NCBI RefSeq assembly: GCF_006345805.1
Contig: NC_043006.1
Location: 38,688,001 to 38,752,000 of the forward strand
Reading direction: 5' to 3'
DNA length: 64,000 bases
Source: Octopus sinensis
Lineage: Eukaryota
Shown: in pieces, positions 53,752-64,000 of the stretch
Position numbering within the stretch: position 1 is the first letter of the stretch
How the letters are laid out: the number at the start of each line of letters is the position of its first letter
Notes under the pieces: generated by a model
Database searches by the model: none
What the model saw: only the letters and a program-made list of their open reading frames with translations
Told to the model about the DNA's origin: nothing
Position numbers and translations under genes: made by a program

Positions 53752-54210
53752 ATAGATGAGTGTATTTTTACCTTGTTAACAATTAACACGCAAAAAATAA
53801 ATAAATAGTTACCAGGGTAGCAAAAATCTCACAAGTAAAGATGTTGTAACTCCTTGTTTATAAAGGTAGAAACTTCGTGTTTACGTTGAATATTTTGAAT
53901 AATATATGAATAAATAAATGGAGTTTAACGCAGGTGTAATCAAATATTTTTACTTTCGACACATGTTTTGAAAATTCCACTGATGCTATTCAAAAGAATA
54001 AATGGTATAAACAATGCAATCTTCTCCCCTGGAAAGTGAATTTTTGCTAAAATGTCTTATTGACGAGTTTCGCTTTTTTCACTTTCCTGAGGAGAAGATT
54101 GCATTCTTTATACCATTTATTCTTTTGAATAGTATCAGTGGAATTTTCGAAACATGTGTCGAAAGTAAGGTATTTGATTATACCTGCGTTAAACTCCATT
54201 TACTTATTCA

Positions 54211-54212
<2 letters not shown>
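53752..54212 (-). mobile_element. Fold-back PLE terminal element with ~135-bp inverted arms, inserted in (TA)n
   Basis: Arms 53905-54040 and 54078-54212; shares its tail with the 43135-43470 element. Confidence 0.75.
54081..54166 (+). ncRNA. Type I hammerhead ribozyme with all canonical elements intact
   Basis: Stem I ACTTTC/GAAAGT (6 bp); CTGAGGA 54087-54093; stem II GAAGATT/AATTTTC; GAAA 54149-54152; helix III C-ATGT-G; GUC cleavage site after 54160. Confidence 0.85.
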
Positions 54213-54261
<49 letters not shown>

Positions 54262-54262
54262 T

Positions 54263-54323
<61 letters not shown>

Positions 54324-54339
54324 GTGTGGGTGGTTATAA

Positions 54340-54670
54340 GGCGCATGGCTCAGTGGTTAGAGCGTCGAGCTTACGATCGTGAGGTTGTGGGCTCGAATCC
54401 GGACCGGCTGCGTGTTGTGTTCTTGAGCAAGGCACTTATTTCACGTTGCTCCAGTTCACTCAGCTGTAGAAATGAGTTGCGACGTCACTGGTGCCAAGCT
54501 GTATCTACCTTTGTCTTCCCTTGGATAACACTGGTGGCGTGGAGAGGGGGGGCTGGTATGCATGGGCGACTGCTAGCCTTCCATAAACAACCTTGCCCAG
54601 ACTTGTGTCTAGGAGGGTAACTTTCTAGGTGCAATCCCATGGTCATTCATGACCGAAGGGGGTCTTTACT
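54340..54670 (+). mobile_element. Young tRNA-derived CORE-type SINE
   Basis: A-box TGGCTCAGTGG, B-box-like GGCTCGAATCC, ttcttgagcaaggcactta core, CpGs retained. Copies at about 24472-24800, 40770-41040 (minus) and 18385-18900. Confidence 0.8.
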
Positions 54671-55550
54671 CTGTGTGTGTGTATATATATATATATATAA
54701 TATATATATATATATCTCAAAATAAGCAACAGGATACCAAGTAGTGATGCAATATTACCATTTCAAGCAGTTCCATTTAACTTTAAATAAATTGAAGAAT
54801 TCTTATATATTAAAAATAAAATTATCATTTATTTTTTTTTACACCTTTTATTACAGCTTCTAGATTAAGAGAGAGAGAGAGAGAGATATGTAGATATAAA
54901 GTATACATATCATTATCATTTAACATCCATTTCCCATGGCTGGTATGGGTTAGACGTTTTGATGGGAGCTGCAAAGCCTGGAAACTACAGTTGGCTCCAT
55001 TGTCTCTTTTGCCAGGATTTCTACAGCTGGATACCCTTTCTGATGCCAACCACTTTACAGAGGGTACCGGGTGCTTTCTACATGGCACCAGCACTAGCAT
55101 TTTTCATTTGGCATCAGCACCAATGCATTTTAGATGATATCATCACCAACCGGTACACTAAGCAACTTACACGGCAAAACCCAGACAACTGGAAGTGAGG
55201 AATATTACTGAAGGCATGGCTTCATGCCAGTCGATGAGAGATTAAAGGAACAGGAAGACAGGAAATCGATGTCTTGCTGCATATGTTTTATCTTTTCTTG
55301 TTTCAGTCATTGGAACGTGGACATGCTGGGGCATCACCTCGAAGGGTTTTTTTGTTGAACAAATCAACTCCAGTACTCATGTTTTGTTTTTCAAGCTTGC
55401 TACTTATTCTATTAGTCACTGAATACTGAACTACTAAGCTACATGGATGTAAACAAACCAACACCAGTTGTCAAAAACTGGTGGACCATAAACCCAATCA
55501 TGTACACACACACATACACACATCTCTCTCCCTCTCTCTCAGTCTCTTTG

Positions 55551-55581
<31 letters not shown>

Positions 55582-55999
55582 TAAATATATATATGTAAAT
55601 TAAATATAAATTAATCATGATACGGAGATAATCATTTTATTTTCTATATTTTCATTTGTCTTGCTTATTTTTACATCCTGACATTTCTTGAGAACACACT
55701 TTTCGTGGCAAGGTGATTAGACGTCTATTTTTAGCATATAGGAATCCACTTTAGTGGTCATTCCTCTGTTTATATATATACATACATCAAAATGTAACCA
55801 CGTGAGTCGTTGATGATTTTTCCCCCCCTATTGGACTTTCCTCTGTTCCTTAGGAAGAGCTTTGCTTGAAACATTAAACCATCTTTCTTTCCTTCCCTGA
55901 CCGTTTGCTAATACTTTACATGTACCGCATCCTCACATTGTTGTTTTTTGTATTTGTTCTTCGTTTTTTGGCGATTTACTATATGTATATATATATATT

Positions 56000-57952
56000 C
56001 ATCATCATCATCATCATCCTCATTTAACGTCCGCTTTCCATGCTAGCATGGGTTGGACGGTTCAACTGGAGTCTGGGGAGCTCGAAGGCTGCACCAGGCC
56101 AGTCAGATCTGGCAGTGTTTCTACAGCTGGATGCCCTTCCTAACGCCAACCACTCCGAGAGTGTAGTGGGTGATTTTATGTGCCACCGACACAGGTGTCA
56201 GACGAGGCTGGCGAACGGCCACGCTCGGATGGTGTTTTTTATGTGCCACCGACACAGGTGCCAGATGAGGCTGGCGAACGGCCACGATCGGATGGTGTTT
56301 GTTACGTGCCCACAGCACGGAGGCCAGTCGCAATGCGGTACTGGCTACGGCCACGTTCGGATGGTTTTCTTGTGTGCCAACGGCACTGGTACCACAAAGA
56401 TACAAATTCCATTGATGTTCATCTATTTTTTGATTTGGTTTGATTTTCACTTGCCTCAATAGGAATTCACAACTGTCACACACTGCCTCAACAGGTCTTC
56501 ACAAGTGTCACATACTTGCCTCAACAGGTCTTCACAAGTGTCATAAGAAGGAAGGTATGCACAAGTGGACTGACTACGTCCCAGGTAGGGGCCACGGGTT
56601 ATGGCCTGACTAGTCTTGCCGGGTCTTTGGATGGTGTTTTTATGTGCCAACACAGGTGCCAGATGAGGCTGGCGAACGGCCACGATCGGATGGTGTTGTT
56701 ACGTGCCCACAGCACGGAGGCCAGTCGATGTGGTACTGGCTACCGCCACGTTCGGATGGTTTTCTTGTGTGCCACCAGCATTGGTACCACAAAGATACAA
56801 ATTCCATGATGTTCATCTATTTTGATTTGTTTTGATTTGATTTGATTATGATTATTATTATATTATTATTTTATCACTTGCCTCAACAGGTCTGCACAAG
56901 TGTCATAAGAAGGAAGGTATGCACAGGTGGACTGACTACATCCCAGGAGGGGCCATGGGCTATGGCCTGACTAGTCTTGCCGGGTCTTCGGACAGGTGCC
57001 AGATGAGGCTGGCCAACGGCCACGATCGGATGGCGTTTGTTATGTGCCCACAGCACGGAGGCCAGTCGATGCGGTACTGGCTACAGCCACGTTCGGATGG
57101 TTTTTTGTGTGCCACCGGCACTGGTACCACCGGCACTGGTACCACAGAGATACAGATTCCATTGAGGTTCATCTATTTTGATTTGTTTTGATATTTTGAT
57201 TGTTGATTTTCACTTGCCTCAACAGGTCTCACAAGTGTCACAAGAAGGAGGTATGCACAGGTGGACTGACTACGTCCCAGGTAGGGGCCACCACGATCGG
57301 ATGGTGTTTGTTATGTGCCCACATCACAGAGGCCAGTCGATGCGGTACTGGCTACGGCCACGTTCGTTCGGATGGTTTTCTTGTGTGCCACCGGCACTGG
57401 TACCACAAAGATACAAATTCCATTGATGTTCATCTATTTTGATTTGGTTTGATTTTCACTTGCCTCAACAGGTCTTCACAAGTGTCACACACTTTCCTCA
57501 ACAGGTTTTCACAAGTGTCACACACTTGCCTCTGCCTCAACAGGTCTTCACAAGTGTCACACACTTGCCTCAACAGGTCTTCACAAGTGTCATAAGAGGG
57601 AAGGTATGCACAGGTGGACTGACTACGTCGCCGGGTCTTCGGATGGTGTTTTTATGTGCCACCGACACAAGTGCCAGATGAGGCTGGCGAACGGCCACGA
57701 TCGGATGGTGTTTGTTGTGCCCACAGCACGGAGGCCAGTCGATGCGGTACTGGCTACGGCCACGTTCGGGTGGTTTTCTTGTGTGCCACCGGCACTGGTA
57801 CCACAAAGATACAATTCCATTGATGTTCATCTATTTTGATTTGTTTTGATTTGATTTTCACTTGCCTCAACAGGTCTTCATAAGTGTCACAAGAAGGAAG
57901 GTATGCACAGGTGGACTGACTACGTCCCAGTAGGGCCACGGGTTATGGCCTG
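56000..57952 (-). repeat. Tandem array (about five units of ~300-430 bp) of an RTE-like LINE 3' UTR, ending in the common tail and (GAT)n
   Basis: Recurrent ggtgccagatgaggctggcgaacggccacgatcggatgg...ggtaccacaaagataca...cacttgcctcaacaggtcttcacaagtg...ggactgactacgtccc; nested ~30-bp sub-repeats; CpG-rich. Confidence 0.8.
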
Positions 57953-57991
57953 ACATATATATATATATATATATATAGATAGATATATATG

Positions 57992-58088
<97 letters not shown>

Positions 58089-59037
58089 TATAGTCATTAT
58101 ATATATAGATATATATATGGCAGCTTCAGTTTTCACTAACCAAATCCATTCACAGGGCTTTGCTTGGCCTGAGGCTCTAATAGAAGACACTTGCCCAAGG
58201 TACTATGCAGTGGGACTGAAACCAGAACCATGCGGATGGAAAGTAAACTTTTTACCATGCAGTAACACTTCCACTTACCCATATATACATACACACATAC
58301 ATACAAACACAAATACATACACACATACACACAAACATATACACACACATATCTACATACATACACGCATACATACACACAAATATGCACACATAAGCAT
58401 ACATACACATACGCACATACATACACACATATATACACATGCATACGCACAAACATACACACACACATTTACATACATACATATTTACAGACATGCATAT
58501 CTACATATATACACGCATCCATTTTACACACATACACATACATACACACATACACATTTACATATCTACATATCTACATACATACATGCATACATATACA
58601 CACATACAGATACACACACACATACACTCACACACATGTATGTACACATGCATGGTTATCGTAGTCTAAAACCGCTTCTACTGCATATAACAGATTTTTC
58701 TTCAGCCAAGCGACAACTGACGATACCAACGGATGTTTATTCACCGCTTTCTTATATATCAATGGTGACAAACCTCATTTAGGCCTGTGACTGGCAGTGA
58801 ATCCACCCCATTAGCAATGCCCAATGAGGCAAACATACATATGGCATTCTTGATGGCCACTGCTGGGAAGATTTTTGTCTCCCTCTGATAAATATTGGGG
58901 TTTTAACCCTGAAATAGTGGACATCATCAATTGATGTTTCATTAATTTTACATGAATATGGCCATCATCATCAGGACATGGAGATTTTACAGCTCTTTTT
59001 AATAATGAAATTCTAAATTTCATATGGAAAGACATAT

Positions 59038-59121
59038 AGATAGATAGATAGATAGATAGATAGAGACAGGTAGATAGATAGATGGAGATATGTAGATAGA
59101 TAGATAGATAGAGATAGGTAA

Positions 59122-59185
<64 letters not shown>

Positions 59186-59240
59186 GTAGGTAGATAGGTA
59201 GGTAGACACACAGGTAGGTAGGTAGGTAAGTAGATAAATA
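59038..59240. repeat. (GATA)n microsatellite
   Basis: Read directly. Confidence 0.95.
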
Positions 59241-61935
59241 TAAATATATGCCAGCAATGGAAAACGGATGTTGAATGACGGGGTTTTTGTCTTGCAAGTT
59301 ACGCTTTTACTTGTTTCAGTCATTTGACTGTGGCCATGCTGGAGCACTGCCTTTAGTTGAGCAAATATGACTCCAGAACTTATTCTTTGTAAGCCTAGTA
59401 CTTATTCTATCAGTCTCTTTTGCTGAACCACTAAGTTATGGGGCCATAAACACACCAGCATCGGTTGTTAAGCGATATTGGGGGACAAACACAGGCATAC
59501 AAACATATACACACACACACACATATGTATATATATATATATATATGTATATATATACATATATGATGGGCTTCTTCCAGTTTCCATCCACCAAATCCAT
59601 TCATAAGGCTTTGGTTGGCCCTAGGCTATAGTAGAAAACCCTGGCCCAAGGTGCTAGGCAGTGGGACTGAACCTGCGATCATGTGGTTGGTAAGCAAGCT
59701 AACAATTGTTAGTTTTTGTACTTATTTGAAGCGAAAATAGGTATAAAAATTACCCTTAATGCATCATGTTTTTTGTCCATTTGGTACACACAGCCATGCA
59801 ACCCTTTCTTGCTGTTTAAGGGCTAAATATAGAATTTCCATAAAAATGTTATCTCCAGGCAAAACACATGGTTCTGTGTTCAGTGCTATTGCATGGTACC
59901 TTTTATAAAATCCTGGTTCGTGGTGTCTTTTATACTATAGCTCAAGGCTGACCAAAGTCCTGTGAATAAAAAACGGGTGAGTTACCTTCTCGAGTCATGC
60001 CGACTAATAAGGGCCAGCTTCTCTGTTTCCATTGGGTATAAATTCCCCACTTGGAGGGACATTAGTCCTAAACCAGGACTGCCATGTTATGTTGACAAAC
60101 AATCTTTACTACAAAGTACTGTTGCTGAATATCTCACGTTGTGAAATTTGAAACTGGCAATTTTCTAATTGAAAATAGCTGTCCAAGGTGCTACATAGCA
60201 GGACTGAACCTGAGACCATATGGCTGGGAAGCAAGCCTCTTAAACCACAGAGTCATAACCGTGCCTCCACAGCGTTCATAATGCACAAAAAACAAAACAC
60301 GTCTCAAAAAGATAGCTGAAACACCAGCTCCAAACACACAAGCACAGGAGTGGCCATGTGGTAAGTAGCTTGCTTACCAACCACATGGTTCTGTGTTCAG
60401 TCCCACTGTGTGGCACCTTGGGCAAGTGTCTTCTACTATAACCTCGGGCTGACCAAAGCCTTGTGAGTGGATTTGGTAGAGGGAAACTGAAAGAAGCCTG
60501 TTGACTATATGTATATATATATATGTGTGTGTGTGTGTCTGTGTTTGTCTCCCAGCATCGCTTGACAACCAATGCTGTTGTGTTTATGTCTCCGTAATTT
60601 AGCGGTTTGGCAAAAGACACCGACAGAATAAGTACTAGGCTTACAAATAATAAGTCCTGGGGTCAGTTTCTTCAACTAAAGGCGGTGCTCCAGCTTGACC
60701 ACAATCAAATGACTGAAACAAGTAAAAGAGTAAAAGAGTAAAGCAATGAAGCATACACCCCTTACTCTCCTAACTCTGCAAAGAAACCAAGTGAAAAATC
60801 AGAAAGTTTTCTGTTATTATGATACTATATATAATGTATTTTAGAACATCACTCATTGCTCTTAGATTTAAAATGCAGGTAGTTTATACATTGAAGTTAA
60901 AAGGCTCAGAGGAAGTACAGAAATGTTTATACTGCTTTTCTTCATCTCTGTCTTTTTCCTGTCTCCTCATTTTCTCCTTATCACTCTCTCCTAATGGCTT
61001 TTATAGTGAGAAAAATCATTTTTAACCAAGGTATTTGAGTATAGCTGATATGGTGACTTGACCATATCGAATATTTATATCTCTTTGTATTGGTGAGCTG
61101 GAATGATGACGGCAGCTGATAAGATAAGCTTTAAGCGAGTAATTGTTAGTGTTGATGTGGTTATTATCATTTCTATCGTTATTATTTTTCATTATATTAG
61201 AAGCATATCTTACTCTGCATAGTGGAGAGGCAAACATGTCTGAAGCATAATAGGGCTGGTATTCACCCTCCTGTCCCTCTCCTTAGCAACTTGCATATGG
61301 CCAAATGTACCATTATTCTATAGGTGTGGCTGAGTGGTAAGAAGGTTGCTTCTAAACCACATGGTTCTGTAGTTCAGTCCCACTGTGTGGCACCTTATTA
61401 TTATCATTATTATTATTTTCTTACATCCATTGATCATACACCCCCACCCAATCTCCCTAGCACCCCTCCCACACACAAATCTCAACTACCACATCATTAT
61501 TATTCGATATCATTGATATTTTTACCTGCTTCTTGCTCTTTAATCTCCATTATCACTGTATCCTATCATTATTATTGTTATTATTATTATTTTAATTTAG
61601 TTGCATTAGTACATGTATATATACTTTTGCAAAACTCACGTGATCACATGATCAATCAGACTATTGGATGTTGTTATACATCGCTGGTCACAGTGTGCTT
61701 TGCATTGTTTTAGCTTTCAAATGATACCACTCAACTGGGTAGGTGAGCAGGCCTACATTTCCCACTGTTTGGGAGGCCATTCTGTCATAGGGTGACCCAT
61801 TTACAGGTAAGTGGACTGGAGCAATGAGAAATAAAGTGTTTTGCTCAAGAACATAATGCATTGCTTGGTGCAGGAATTGAACCCTTGATCTGGTGATCAT
61901 AAATGCAACATCCTCACCACTATGTCACACCTACA

Positions 61936-61968
<33 letters not shown>

Positions 61969-63829
61969 GTTTAACGTCCACTTTCCATGCTAGCATGGGT
62001 TGGACGATTTGACGGAGGACTGGCAAACCAGATGGCTGCACCAGGCTCCAATCTGGTCTGGCAGAGTTTCTACAGCTGGATGCCCTTCCTAATGCTAACC
62101 ATTCTTTGGGGTTTGAATAAATGTAACAAAAGCAAAGTTTGAAGGAAATGTCAGGCAATGTCATACTCTCTAGGGGTCAACAAACAGGAAATAACAGTTC
62201 CTACCCAAGGATAAAAATCGTGTTCCCTGCATAATGTAATAAAAACATTACATCATCATCATCATCATCATCATCGTTTAACGTCCACTTTCCATGCTAG
62301 CATGGGTTGGACGATTTGACGGAGGACTGGCAAACCAGATGGCTGCACCAGGCTCCAATCTGGTCTGGCAGAGTTTCTACAGCTGGATGCCCTTCCTAAT
62401 GCTAACCACTCCAATAAGATAAACAGATTATTATCATTTTATTTTTCTAGAAACAATGATAATAATCAATATTCCTTAAGCAGTGTGTGCTTAATGTCTA
62501 GCTTAGTAAACTCTGCTTACCCCCCTGCATAAGGAACATAGTCATCATTAGAACCATTCTGCAAGATACTCTCTTCCATGTCCCTGTGCTCTTGTATGTC
62601 AACCTTTCCAGCCTCCTGTAACCCTTTCACTTCCTCTAATAATTACACTTTGTGAGCACTATACCATTATGGAGAAACATGAGCTGTATTGCAGGCAACC
62701 TGATTAAGAGAATGGTAACTTTGAAAATTTTACAAGGAGGAGATGTGGATTCTTCAGTAAGGTGCAGTGAAGGTAACTCATCCAGGAGAGCAGAAATTTT
62801 GAATAAAAAGTGATGTAGCACTGAGGGCACATCTTAAAACTGGCAGACAGCTTTTTAAGTGCTGGCAGTGAGATAGAAAGGCAATCGGTTTTAGATGTAA
62901 AGTTGTTGGTGATAGGAGGCTCATCCAACTAATAAAAGCTTATTAAAATCAGGACAAATATAAAGACAATTAAAAATCCTATTATATATACAGAATTACC
63001 ACTAAACTTATTCATGTTATGATATACATTTGGTTTTATGTCAGAACCATTCAACAGAAATCAAAAGATTGCTCAAAATCTCTTTTTTTTAGTTGTTAAA
63101 AATGTGGAAATGAATAGTTTGATCATGTGACACAATATCACAACAGCTTATCTTTAGCAAATATGTAATAGGGAAAAAGGAAGAGAACAAAAGCAGTGGC
63201 AAAGTGACATCAAAGGATGGATATGAAGAAATGTGATAGAAAACTTGAAGTTGCCCAAGGAAATTGGTTCCCTTTTTGGGTATATGCTGCCTCCTTAGGC
63301 TATATATTTTATTTTATTGTTGACGTTTACAATATGTTTATATTGTTTAAATCTTACTACAGACTTTGGAGGAAAATTTGGAAAATGCCAGACAAAATGT
63401 CTTATAGATTTAGTTACACTTTTCTTTTCTGTTCTACATTCAGACCTTATTGGGGGTCAACCTTGGGTTTAATGTTTACAGAGCTCAGTAAAATAAGTAC
63501 TGATCATATAAGTGTAGGGTTAATTTTCGTCAGATTTTCACAGAGGTCACGATTGAGGAATGCTTGGTTTTTGTGCCTGTGTTCAAGATTGTTTTGTGAA
63601 TGCTTGTTGGCATTGCTGCTTTTCCATAGAATTTGGCAAAAAAACTGAGATTCAAAAATGAGTGTGGGTTCCAGACGTATGAAGATGATACGGTGTGTGA
63701 GTATTTGAAGAGGCATTCAACTGGCTGACTGAAATTGTATTTTACAATAAAAATAATCAGATCATGATTATGATGAAGTCATTAGTAACAACACTGATGA
63801 CCGTAATTAAGATAATGGTTTCAAATTGG

Positions 63830-64000
63830 CAGCGAGCTGGCAGAAATGTTAGCATGCCAGGCGAAATGCTTAGCTGTATTTCGTCTGCTGCTACGTTCTG
63901 AGTTCAAATTCTGCTGAGGTTGACTTAGCCTTTCATCCTTTTGGGGTTAATTAAATAAGTACCAGTTACGCACTGGGGTTGATGCAATTGAATCGACTTA
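63830..64000 (+). mobile_element. MetaSINE-like SINE running off the window end
   Basis: gcgagctggcagaaatgttagc...gagttcaaattc...cctttcatccttttgggg. Confidence 0.8.

Noticed and set aside
62521-62640. Open stretch ending at GTAAGC (LEEVKGLQEAGK...)
   Set aside because: Weak acceptor and no recognisable homology.
63217-63648. 143-aa ORF
   Set aside because: Composition typical of random AT-rich DNA; no domain or splice support.

Overview
AT-rich, repeat-saturated eukaryotic DNA. The SINE families and microsatellite density point to an octopus genome (inference). Almost all ORFs in the track are microsatellite or repeat artefacts. Only one convincing host exon is present: a 202-bp minus-strand exon (23176-23377) encoding the first half of a laminin-G domain most like pikachurin/EGFLAM LamG1, so most of the window is probably very large intron or flank. 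The rest is nested transposons: several tRNA-derived SINE families, RTE-like LINE 3' tails (one as a ~1.9-kb tandem array), five R4/Dong-type retrotransposon fragments sitting in (TAA)n tracts, mariner and maT/DD37D relics, piggyBac pieces and a Helentron-type element. The most interesting signal is non-coding: many fold-back Penelope-like element (PLE) termini carry type I hammerhead ribozyme motifs, one of them with every canonical element intact (54081-54166). One PLE family has a terminal module of GIY-YIG stop codon, tRNA-like Pol III head, (TAA)n and hammerhead, and its (TAA)n is itself used as a target by R4/Dong elements. All calls are by eye; no searches or folding programs were run.
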